Shown here piece after piece: positions 28,301-39,500 of a DNA stretch of 64,000 nucleotides (within the stretch, counting starts at the first letter, position 1; each line of letters starts with the position of its first letter). This stretch comes from a virus. The stretch spans positions 1-64,000 of IMG/VR virus record IMGVR_UViG_3300017917_001008. One strand, 5' to 3'. The position numbers and the translations under genes are program-made. The notes under the pieces are model-generated. The model was not told the DNA's origin. It did not search any database and saw only the letters and a program-made list of their open reading frames with translations.

Positions 28301-30594
28301 TCACTGCCAACGGCATCATGCTGGATCCCCAGGAACTACAGGAGTTCGTTAGAACCGGTAAAAAGCCCACCACATTTATAGATCCTAACACCCTTCAGAA
28401 TATACCGGAGTCTTCTCCAAAGTATGCTATTGCTCAAGGACTGCTGGAAAGAGATGATGAGATTAAGGATCCTCCTAAACCAGAAGCAGCCCCTACTGCT
28501 GAAGAACCAGTTGCTCCTACTACTACCACTACTGCCCCTACAAGTGCAGAATCTGCTCCGGCTGCTACAACAACAGCTGCCCCTACAGAATTAAATCTTG
28601 AAGCTGAGCTACAAGTAAAACTGGAAGATGCTTACAACCAGTATGTAGAAGAGACTGGATCAGAGATTTCTTTTGAGGAGTTTGTAAAGACTACAAGAAG
28701 GGCCCGTAACATTATAAAGGATTTTAGAAGAGGCAAGCCAGCTGAGGCTGCACCAGCCCCTGCTACTACAGCAGCTACAGTAACACCTACCACTCCTTAT
28801 GGTACACCAACTGGTGAGCCTATTACAACAGCTACAGAAGCTGCTAAAGCTGATATAGAAAGAAGAAGACAAGAAGAATTAAATAACATACTTGGAGATG
28901 TAATAAAATTAGAAGAAGCAGATACTAAACAAAAAGCAACTCAAGCAATTGCGGATGCTACAAGAGAAGTGGGAAACAAGGCTTTAGATAAAGCTGGAAT
29001 TATTATTGGAGAAGTTCAATGGGGTAAAAACATTATTGATGTAGCTAAAAGATTAGCTTTTAAAATAAGAGAAATACAAAAACCTGCTGTAGATAGAATC
29101 AATGCTAAATATGATGCAGAACTAGCTGCTTTAGAAGGAGCTAAACCTGCAGAAGCTGCAGCTCCTGTAGCTGAGGAAGCACCTTTAGACTTGACACCGG
29201 GGTTAATTAAAGTGTTTACAGAAGAAAAGGATAAGAAGATAGGAGAGTTACTTCCTGTCTATGGGCAAGCCCTGGCTTCTAAAGATCGTACAGAAGATGA
29301 GTCTGCTGTATTGGCTGATCCTGTTAAATGGTTGGAAGAGCAGATAGAGAACGCTGAGGAGAATCTACAGAGAGATGAAGAGCGTTTAAAAACTTTAACT
29401 GAAGACGCCAAACCTGAGGTTGGAGAAGTATTTGTTACCGGAACTACATTAGGTCTAACTAATATTTACGGGACTGCTCCTAAAAACTTTATTGATAAAA
29501 GATCAACTCCTCAACGAGCTGCTTTAGAAAGGAACAAGAGTAAAGTGTTTGATGAAGAAGAAGCAGGAGGTAAGAAAGTATTCAGTATAGTGGATTGGTC
29601 AGTGGTGGACAACGTGGGTAGACCAGGATACGTTGCCACTTCTATAGCGTTTGATAAAGACTCTACTATAACATTGGATGATGTAAAGGCTGATTTAGAA
29701 GCTGCACATGCACAAACTATGTCCGGTGTAGATCAGTTTGGTAAGATAAGTGAAGTTAAGATTCAACAAGCTTTAAAAGGAGCGTCTGTTAAGATCTCTA
29801 AAAACGAGAAAGCTGATCAAGTTAAGACTCGTATGGAGTCTGCAAAAGTTAGAATACAGAAGAGTAAGGCCAACCTTAAAAAGGTTAAGGCTGTAATGGA
29901 TGAGTTTAATGATAACATATCCAGGATCACTGGTAAACCTGTTGAACAAACTCAACCCGTTGAAAGAACAGAGCCGGTTACAGAAGCCGCTCCGGTGGTA
30001 GTGTCTACAGAAAAGACAGGTACACAAAAAGCCCAGGAGCTGGTTGATTCTATCACTTCTCTTAAGGATGTTCCTGATCTGTCTAAAGCAGACAGTAAGC
30101 CAGTCACTATTGATCTGATTGAACTCATCTCTACCGGCCAGGCTAAGGCCAAAGATGTGGTGGCTATGATTGCTGCTAAGCGTAAAGAACTTCTACAGAA
30201 TATATCAACAAAAGATCTACAAAAAGGTGATATGGTTACATTTGTAGATGGTAGAAAAGGTTTTGTAAAGTCTATCAACAAGAAGACAGTTACGTTTAAG
30301 ATGGTTGGTTCCGAGAAAGGAGCTACAGAGCTTATAGACCAAAGCAAACTACCAGGTCTTATCACCAGTTTAGAATCAGGAAAAGCCCTCTCTATGGAAC
30401 CCACTCCGGAAATAGAAATTACCCCTCAGGAAGAAACAGAAGTTAAGGCGTCACAAGATGCTTTAGCGTCCTTCACAGAAAACTCTGCTGCTGTAAAAGA
30501 AGCAGGAGAAAAAGCTGCCAAAGCTGCTGGTACAGATAACCAGGAAAACCTCAACAATCTCTTTAAGAACATTGGATGTAAAACAGGAAAGTAA
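25387..30594 (+). CDS. giant ejection protein A (1735 aa) with hydrophobic segments
   Basis: Gly/Ala hydrophobic stretches (LSMAYTVGTALSVVAEEALLFGLTVATEGAFGGAAAA), coiled coils, Pro/Thr/Ala linkers, SH3/KOW-like unit near the C-terminus; directly upstream of the RNAP. Confidence 0.7.
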   Translation: MAEEMVNMISAEALDTQAAQAESLDNGLDLEFASTDALDAMGAFNLEQLDKEPASAGDPPGKPKPRTMQDLKRDYDKDLQNWKQITRYGIPMAADQTRNKFQAARVVEFDARKFNVDRYLGYGKSTFDKVGFSPFVDNEKNFNQNTTIWQDYGRMMSVFGPLVYQGAVSSYRSLADTFGSDRPVFSSDDETASEYARLNNIGMSTKGGPLGFANNLTLSMAYTVGTALSVVAEEALLFGLTVATEGAFGGAAAARTAFNIGRLGNAIKRGFQTEHVANILKGSTQLVKSLSKVGDAKDFYTAVRTGGTTFAKGTFQYLNPFSRTADDIYDLYRGSASVRNMSNLAKAKQTFGSFYRDVRDNNFALSESKLEGGSAKIDAIQRLTDEYEKKNGKAPEGDDLARIYDQAEDIGRGVTAVNFPVIFLTNRVVLDGLFKFRGFKTLEQAGELSTKGIGFKKGVGFYDNLADGWLKSSVNTLKNPKAYIGKGVNYFRRNLMEGVQENLQNVTSEAVANYYDGVYKDATLGGFDYAAGHAWDAIKKEMSSGQGLETFASGFLMGGLMGKAQNLFLKDVPQVYYWTKDKIAGTNKLQEYKLNKQRTRQDAINGLNELYKNPLKYFSSRNESAVVQKHTSDVMNLAEENGDAKTFQDAKDLKTFDNIFTALDNGTYDTLLEQFKELKKLSNDELANFLGVDKADPKMMNKLDEVVTRAAQIKERYDVVNDRFKNPFSPKNFKFGTEEFTKEAIAFRAFEAAKKSAVISQYGFDRALERMNGLYQDLSSNRPIRKASGSDITVLTDLNTLDNEINLLDKEVKSYAGVTDKDQKKLAEQKKEKLDLLMDYRDKLRTYRERMGENERDENGQIIISFNDAAEPLKNSYKAYLRYLGKVADDYMFDDKIDESFNKVLDYYSLDSDAKNYSKVVNNLMDPLNLYRHSQMIAANFTKLFQNREIDAEERIARSQRLVELNQLLLAFTANGIMLDPQELQEFVRTGKKPTTFIDPNTLQNIPESSPKYAIAQGLLERDDEIKDPPKPEAAPTAEEPVAPTTTTTAPTSAESAPAATTTAAPTELNLEAELQVKLEDAYNQYVEETGSEISFEEFVKTTRRARNIIKDFRRGKPAEAAPAPATTAATVTPTTPYGTPTGEPITTATEAAKADIERRRQEELNNILGDVIKLEEADTKQKATQAIADATREVGNKALDKAGIIIGEVQWGKNIIDVAKRLAFKIREIQKPAVDRINAKYDAELAALEGAKPAEAAAPVAEEAPLDLTPGLIKVFTEEKDKKIGELLPVYGQALASKDRTEDESAVLADPVKWLEEQIENAEENLQRDEERLKTLTEDAKPEVGEVFVTGTTLGLTNIYGTAPKNFIDKRSTPQRAALERNKSKVFDEEEAGGKKVFSIVDWSVVDNVGRPGYVATSIAFDKDSTITLDDVKADLEAAHAQTMSGVDQFGKISEVKIQQALKGASVKISKNEKADQVKTRMESAKVRIQKSKANLKKVKAVMDEFNDNISRITGKPVEQTQPVERTEPVTEAAPVVVSTEKTGTQKAQELVDSITSLKDVPDLSKADSKPVTIDLIELISTGQAKAKDVVAMIAAKRKELLQNISTKDLQKGDMVTFVDGRKGFVKSINKKTVTFKMVGSEKGATELIDQSKLPGLITSLESGKALSMEPTPEIEITPQEETEVKASQDALASFTENSAAVKEAGEKAAKAAGTDNQENLNNLFKNIGCKTGK

Positions 30595-33500
30595 TGGCTT
30601 GTAGATTAACAGAAGATCAAATATCAGCTTTATTTGGAGCTATTCACGGAGAAGTGATTGCTTCTAAGAACCGTGATGATAAGTTTAATGCGGCACAGGC
30701 TATTCGTGCTTTATATCAAAGGCTGCTGGATGCTGGAGCTGAGCAGGTAAATGCTATGGACTATGTACAACATATACCAAGCATGTTGCAGCTTAGCTAT
30801 GCTATGTTTGCAGACTCTAAGGCTCACATGAGAGCCAGTGGTGTGAACCTGTCTGAACTGGATCAGCTAGATGCAGACTTCACTGCAGATATTAAAAACG
30901 TGGCTAAGTTCCTGGGTGTAGACCAAGGCACAGCTGATGTTGTACAAGAGATCATTGAAGAGTCTAATCCCTCTACAGGGGTTATTCCCACAGATAACTA
31001 TACACAGATAGAAGAGGGTGATATTGCTAAGAAGAAACCCTACTTTGATTCAGAGATAAGCTTTGTAGCAGCTCCTGAAACAGCTCTTGCTGTATTCAAC
31101 CAGGAAGCCCAGGACTATAATGGTGTACAGGCTAAGCAGAACATACAAGACCCGGATCCTGTTAAGAAGGTGTATTACACCGTAGTGAGAAAGCTGAATG
31201 ACCTGATGACCGGCAGCAACCGCCAGACAGCAGATAAAGTGAAGCTTGGTGATGTAGAGGGTGTGTTCTTAAGACTAGTACCCGCTTCTATGATTGCCAT
31301 GGAAGATCTGCAGGAAGCTGACAGACTTTACTATTCTACAGATGATGATCCCCGTATTCCTTTTTCCAAGACCTCTAAAACAAAGATGGAACTTAGAGAG
31401 AAAGGAGATGATGTATACTTAGTCTATACAGACAAAGATGGTAACATACTTTATTTCAATGAAGAGGGTACACCTGTAGGAAAGGAAAATGGTGGTATGG
31501 TGGCTTACGGTAAGCTCCGTAGACCATACACTCCTAAGACTACCAATGAGGCTAAGGGTCAGGTGGCCGGTCGTAAAATGGTAGGAAGAGTACAGACTCC
31601 TCAAGACCTGGTGAGAAAAGGACTGGGTACACTGGAAGAAGTTACTAAAGAGCGTGATGAGGAAATAGAGATCCTTGAGAAGTCTCGTGAGTTTGTTTCC
31701 AAGAATCGTGACGAGGTGGTGTTATTCTCTGTAACCCCTGGTAGAAATGGTTATGTAACAGAAGACTTTTCCAAGCCTAACCCAATCAGTTCTATAGATC
31801 TCACAGATGGATTTAAACCTTATTTAAACAGCCAGGAAACTGGTGTATTGATTAAGGGCGGGGTGTATTTTAATGTCCCTGGCTACGAGTTCCCATTACT
31901 GATTCGTAGACCAAAGTTTGGCAATGTACCAAACCTGTCAGGCAACCTGGCAGATATTGTGTTTGACTCAGATCTTTCTAACAAAGAAAAGATAGATGTA
32001 TTAAGACAGTTTACCTACTCTGGAGACACTAAGATATTCCAGGGTAATGACGGCAAGCTTTATGTAAAGCAGATGGATCAAACTATGGAAGTCACTGCAG
32101 ATAATAAGCAGGCTTTCATTGATAATCTAAACGGCCAAACTGTTAACATCAATAAGGACCTGATGCATAGAACCTTTAACATGCCAGTGAACCTGGATGG
32201 TAAAGTGACCCTGCAGCAGGAGCGTTATAATAACTTCCTGGCTAATAACTTCTATACCTTCCTGGCTAAGAATGACCAGAATAAGATTGTCAGCCTGAAT
32301 GCGTATAACGTAATATTTCCTACAGAGGCAGCACAGGACAAGATCTTTGGTAAAGCAAAAGCAGCATCTAACGAGCAAACCTCTTCTTTAGAGCAAGCTA
32401 CACCCACTGATGTTACCAAGGATGAGTTTAAAGAATTACTAGACCGTACAGACTTCAGTTTAAAGAAGTCTACATTACTAAGCAGTAAGGCCACTGACGA
32501 ACAGATTGCCGCTGCAGAGAAATGGTATAACAGCTCTCCGCTTTCTAAAGTGGTACCATTCCAGGTGATGTTTAACATTGTAAACTCAAATGCATTAGCA
32601 GAGTTTACCACTGCAGGTATCACCCTGTGGAGCGGATCTAACTTTACAGATCTCTATCACGAGGGATGGCATGCTTTCACCCAGATGTTCCTGACCAAGG
32701 ATCAGAAGAAAGAGTTGTACAATGAAGCCCGTAAACTCACCGGTACCTTCACTACAGTGAGCGGTGCTAAGGTGAAGTTCAGTGCAGCTACAGATATGCA
32801 GCTGGAAGAATTCATGGCTGAAGACTTTAGAAAGTATGTACTGTCTGACCGTAAGAATATAATCAATGGCCGTCCGGTACGTAATACTATTTTCAGGAAG
32901 ATCTTTAATTTCCTGAAGGTTGTATTCAGTAGCTATTCGTTAAAAGATATTGCTGCTGATCGTACAGCAGTGGCTAATATCCAGAGCCTGTATGACCAGC
33001 TGTTCATTGGAGAGATCCATGACTACAAGCCTTCCTTAAGAAACGTACAGTTTGGAATATTAAACAAGGGCGTAGAGGCTTTGGATGTCAAATCTAAAGA
33101 CACGCTCACTTACCAGGATTCTATGACCCTGGTAGAAACTATTGACTCTTTAATAGCCTCCACTATGGTAGGTTATGGTAGGAGTGTAGCTGGTATATTT
33201 ACTAACCCAGAACTCCTGGGCCCATTATACAAGAGAGTTAACACCAAGCTTGCTGAGCTTAGAGAAACCCTGGTTGCAGATCCAGAAAAAGCTAACAGCG
33301 TAAAGCTGATAGACTTTGCCCTGACTAACTGGGGTGATTTTAGTAAGGTGGCTAAGGGTGAAGAATCCACTGGTGTACTGGCATTCCATAAAAAGCGTAG
33401 TGCATATTTTACGTTTGATGATAAGATGGCCGAGATGGACGCTTATGATCAGAGTGTAAATGAAGATGCTGAAGAAGTTAAAGATGCAGATAATAATCTG

Positions 33501-36500
33501 GCTAAGTCTGAACAGCAGCTTCGTGAAGAGTTTGGATCCAACCCATTTGAACGTAAAGGAAACGAGCACTCTGTAAGAGAGCTTGCTTCTAACGAGGTGG
33601 TGTATTTGATTAAGAGCTTACCGCAAGTAGATAAAAACGGAAAGGTGGTAACCAATGCATTGGGTGTTCCTAAGCTGGTTGACTTCAACCGCACCTGGGG
33701 TATTGTGATTAACACCGTAGCCGGTTCTAATACTACTTCCCAGATGTATGCCAAGCTTCTGGATGCAGCTACACGTTTTCCAGAGCTTAGAGCTTTGGTA
33801 GAACGCCTGGGTAATCCATTAGACCATACAGAAACTAAGGACTGGCCGTTCATGAAGATGTGGATTTCATTCTTTAGAGACTTCTCTGTGTATAGAATTC
33901 CTATCAAAGAAGGTCGTTTAGTAGACGGGCCTGGTGGGTTTAAGTTTGAGTTTACAGAAGTGGATCCTCAGTTTAAACAAGTGCACCGTGCTTTCCAGGC
34001 TCAGTTTGAATCACTGGGTAGCAGTCCTTATATTACAAAGACTCCAACCGGTAATAAGCTAAACATAGAGAAGATTTTAAAGGACTTCCCTTACAGTTCC
34101 ATCTTTGCTAAAGACAAGGTGATCATTGATGAAGATAAAGCCATGGAGTTTCTAAAAGCCATTGGTTTCTATCTGACAGATAACAGAGAGATCCGTAAAG
34201 CCATCCGGGATAATTATGAAGCTGTGGCTTATATACACGGTCTTCCATACATGAAGAATCCAGGCGGATTGTTAAGACTGGCTGATAAGAAGGTGGATGT
34301 GTTCAATCCTATTGACGCCCTGTGGAAGATTGGTAGTGAAAACACCAACGTACAGAAGATCCTCACTATAGAAGCTAAGCATAGCGGTAAGTTCAGTAAT
34401 AACGCTGTTACTAACGTTAACGGTGATATTGTTTATGACCTGTCATTAAACAACACAATCACCAGGCTGTTGAATGATCTTAATGATCCTTCTAAGGATT
34501 ACACTATGACCCAGGAGCAGCACCTGCAGCATCTGAACTTCCAGAGAAATCCTTTTGCTAAGTATTCCATCTGGATGAAGTCAATGTTCAGTATTCCTAC
34601 AGGAAAGCTGGTTGACTTGTCTAATGAGAATAAAAGAATATCTCAGGATGTAAAATTTGGTGGTGGTTTTGTCTCTATGAACCTGGTAAACCTTGATGGT
34701 GTTAAGAGTGTACTGGCAAGAGATAATGCCGGTCAGTTGGTACAAAGCGGTATTAAAACAACCAGCCTGGATCCTGCATCTAAGTTCATCTTTGATTTGC
34801 ACACTATGCTACTCACCGGTACTATGGAGCTGCCAAGGCATGCTTCTAAGTCCAGTGCATATGGTGTAAGTGTATCCAAGGTGGACACTTCATATAACGA
34901 GAATGCTAAGCATCTATACATCAGCCCCGGTCATTTTGGTAAAAACGGTAAGGGTACAGAATACTCTGTAGAACTTCTATTGCCAAAGATTGCAGCTGAG
35001 ATGGAGCGTATAGCAATGGTTAACCAGGGATTGGTTCCAAGTATTCCGGGATTCAACGAGCGTGGTAAAGATTTCACCATGTTTGATGACATCTTAAGTG
35101 ATACTACTAAAGAAGAGCTTAAGAGATTAGCAGATACAGAGGATTCCCTGTCTGTGATTCAGGATCCTGCCATTAAGCAGAAGATCACTGCAGATGTCAG
35201 GAACTATCTCAATCAGCTCTTTAAAGAAAACATGGAGCTGTATAAGTCTTTAGACTTTATGTCTGATGACTTGTTATTAAACTCCAGGAGCGGTAAGACT
35301 GATATCAAAGCCTTGATTGCTAAGGATACACTAGAGGTGGTAGGTGAAGATAGAACAGACTACCTGAAAGAGGTGGCTGTTAAAGCTTTCACCGTTAACT
35401 CTCTGATTCATAACATGGAAGCTATTTCCGTTTTGTACGGAGACCTTGCTATGTATAACCACTTAAAAGAAGAATACCATAAGCGTAATGCTTCTATAGG
35501 TTCTACAGGTAGGATCTTTGCCAGTGACGGAGCTACCAATAAGTTCATTGAGAACCTGGGTAGAGGATATGCTAGATCCATTGGAGCCAGGGATAAAGGG
35601 TTTGATGGTACACTAGACACTGCTATCTTTAAAGATAACGAGGTGCCTTCTGTTTATTATGATGAGTACCTGGAGGCTCTTACTAAGAAGTACGGAGCTG
35701 ATAAGGCAAAGAAGATCCTGAAGCCTTATAAGAAGATGAATGAGGGTGACGCCCAGGGTTGGATTACATTTGATAGCTATCGTATCTTATCTATCCTGGA
35801 AGGTGCCTGGTCAGAAAAGCAGAATGAGCTTTACAATAAGATTATTAGAAATGAGCAGGTAGATCCTGCAGAGATCACCGAGTTCTTCCCAACTAAGAAG
35901 TTCCAGTATGCCGGTCCTCTAAAGACAGAGAAGCTTCACATACAGGCTTTCCATAAGTTCTCTTTGGTACCACTTATTCCAAGCTTGGTGAAGGGCACTA
36001 ACATGCAGACCCTTCATGACAACCTGGTAAAGCAGGGTAAAGACTACGCTCTGTTTGAGTCAGGATCTAAGCTGGCTACCATTACGGCTAACGGTAAACC
36101 AGATTCTCTGTATGAGAATGATGATTACAACACCCGTGTAGTTAAACCATGGAACGAGGGTGACCCTGCCTATACATCTAACGTTGTCTTTATACAATAC
36201 TTAAAAGACCAGGTGGACATCCAATCTACTTGGAAAAACAAAACTGTCTTCTCTACACAGCTTCGTAAGCTGATCATCAATGACGTATTCAAACAAGGTT
36301 TGGGTATTGGAGAGTTTGACGGACTGGTTAAAGAGTTTGAAGGTTTATTAGATGACCTGCAGGAATATAAAAAGAAAGAGCTTTTACAACAAGCCGGCTG
36401 GACAGAGAATGAGTCTGGAGAATTATCCGGAAGCACTCGTGAACTGCTGGAGTTTGTCATGAGAGAGATGGAGCGTCTTGAGCTTCCTGAACATGACGTA

Positions 36501-39500
36501 GACTTTGTAAGAGATAGTCTTAATGATGGTACGTTCACAGACTTAAGCTTCTCACTCAATGCTGAGAAGATTGAAAAGATGCTGAACAACATTGTTGTAA
36601 AGCGTCTGGTAAAACAAAAGATGAACGGTGAGCAGCTGGTGCAGTTGTCTGGTGCCGGTTTTGAATCTGCCGGTTCACGTTTTACCAATGCAACAGAAGA
36701 GGAAATTAAGAAGTACCGTGGTACTAATAACTTACCTACCTATCGTCCTGGTGCAGGAAAAGATGGTAAGACCACTGCCATGAAGGTGAAGATAGCTATA
36801 AAAGGAGACTATTACAAGCTTCTTAATCTTAAGCACAATGACGGTAAGAAGATCGGTACCCGTGAGCGTCTGAACGAGATGATCAAAGATGACAAGTGGT
36901 TAGACAAAGGGGACAACCGTAAGATGATCACTATGGTGGGTGTGCGTATTCCTGTACAAGGTTTAAACTCTATGGAGTTTATGGAGATCTATGAGTTCCT
37001 GCCTGAAGAAGCCGGATCTGTGATCATCCCGCCTGCAGAGATCGTAGCCAAGTCTGGTTCTGACTTTGATATTGATAAGCTCACTATATTCCAACCTCAT
37101 ATTGGTATTAGGATTAACCGTAATACTACCAAGTCTAAGCTGAAAGAACTGGCTAAGAAGTATCCTGACCTGGACTTCAGCTTGGATAATGTAAACACCA
37201 TCCTGGATGCATCTGAAAATGACTTCAGTGTGTACATGCCTACCGAGCAGGAGATGAAGGTGTATAAAGTGCTGGTACAGGAAGCATCTGATGAATTACC
37301 CACTTACATAAAAGGTAAGGGTATGAAGTCTACAGAGAACCAGATCATTGAGAAGATCCGTACCATCCTGGAGCACCCAGATAACTTTGATGCCCTTATA
37401 CGTCCTAACGACACTGACCTGGTAAAAGGTGTGGCTGATGAACTGGCTGAACTAAACATCCAGGGGTATGATCCGTTTGCTGTAAAGACCGGTAATACCC
37501 GTACTAGTATCAAGGGTGGTAAAGAAAGCAAGGTGATTTCTCCAACCCGTGCTTTAGAACCTAGGTATAATCTTTACAAGCATGAGTCTAACAACATTGG
37601 TAAGAAGACTCTTGGTATCGGTGCTGTAGACAACGCCTACTCTTCTATATTCAAGAGAGTAGGGGCTCGTCTTGAAAAGAACTACACCCACTACAAGAAA
37701 GAAGACGGAAGGTTTGTATATGATAAGAGTGGAAACATAGTTAAGCAGATCCGTCCTATAAACATTAGGATGAAGCATAATACCATTAAAGAGAACGGCA
37801 CTGAATACATTTCTCTTTCTGATATTGAAACCGTAACCATGGATAAGGTGAGTGACCTTATAGGCCAGCTCATGAATGGTTGGGTGGATATTGAGAAAGA
37901 CGCCTGGATCTTTAACATCAACGGAAACTCCATTGCTGGCCCGGTGTTATTGTTCTTACTGGAAACCGGTGTAGACTTCAAAACAGCAGCTTATTTCGTA
38001 TCCCAGCCTTTAGTGGTGCAGTATGTGAAAGAGATGTACATGAGTGACTCTCCGTTCTATCCTGCAGTTAATCCTGGAGCTGAAACTGAAAAAGGCCTGA
38101 AGCGTCATAAGATACGCCAGAAGTTTTTTGAAGATCTGAAAATAGCTCCGTTAAAACCTACTAAGTTTTTTGGTCCGGTGTTATCTAATGATATTCTATA
38201 CAAGGCTATCAATGATTATAACGCTAATAAGGAATACACAGTAGAGAGTCTGCGTGAGGTGATTAAGAACAAGGACGTAAAGAGTAAAGATGCCATTGCG
38301 GGTCTGTTACACTTTATGGAACTGGAAGACCTGGGTAAACAGCTCACTAACATCAAGCTCACTGTAAACGTAGACACGGCTCCATCTAAGAGTCTGTTTG
38401 CTGCCAACCAGCGTATAGATAAGATTGAGGATCTGGAGTATGTTGACTCTGTACCTAAATCTGTTATTAATAAGATCTTATATGATTCTCCTATCCGCTC
38501 CTTCCTGGTGCAGAAGTTCCAGCTGGGTATATTAAAACCGCTGATGAAACTAAGAGGAGATAGCCAGATCAATAACTTCTTATTGGACGTCATGAAGGGT
38601 GCAAACTACCCTTCTGCGTTTAACACACCAGAGAAGTTTGTAGCTGCTTTCCATAATGACCTACCGCTGTACTTGTTACAGAACCATCTTAAGGGATTGG
38701 ATATCAACTCCTTAACTGAGTATAAAGGAATGGCCGTTAAAGAAGCTATGCCTGTAAAGAATGTACAGTTACGCCAGGGTGCTTTTGTAAAAGACGGTGT
38801 GATGTACATTGACCGTGACCAGATTGCAGAAGACTTTAACACTAAGGCTTTTGCAGGAGAGGGTTATGAAAAGCAGGGACTGGCTAAGTTGGATCCTCAG
38901 ACATTCAACATGGGAGATAACTCTCAGAACTTACAGGAGTATGTTCACTTCGTATTAGAACGTGAATACTTAAGATCTGTAATCCCTGTAGGTGATGTAA
39001 CCCGTGAAGTGTATGAGCGTAAGATAGCAACACGTGCTTTAGAGCGTACGTTTAACTTCTTCCATATGCTGAAAGCTCCTGGAGAAAGTATTGCAGATAA
39101 ATTCCTGGAGATCAAAACAAAATATCCTAAGCTTTCTGAGGACTTCCTTATCATGACGGAGCTGGGGTATAACAATGATGCAGCCAAGACTGATGATGAT
39201 GGTAACGTAAAAGAGGTGAAGAACAAAAAGATGCGTACCCTAAAGCTGAAGAGTCAGCGTTTGGATACGGACTTTGCTAACGTGCTTCATGAAAACCTGT
39301 TACGTCTGGCAGATCCTATGACTATAAAGGTGGAAGATCCTAATGCAAACAGGGAGATCAGCCAGTTCTTTACACGCATGATCGTAGCAGAGTATCTCCG
39401 TGCTGGTATTACCAGGAGCGGTGAGAACCTGGCTAAGATATTACCGGTGAATACACTGCGTCAACTGATGGCAGAACCATTACAGGAGTTTTCTAAGAAG

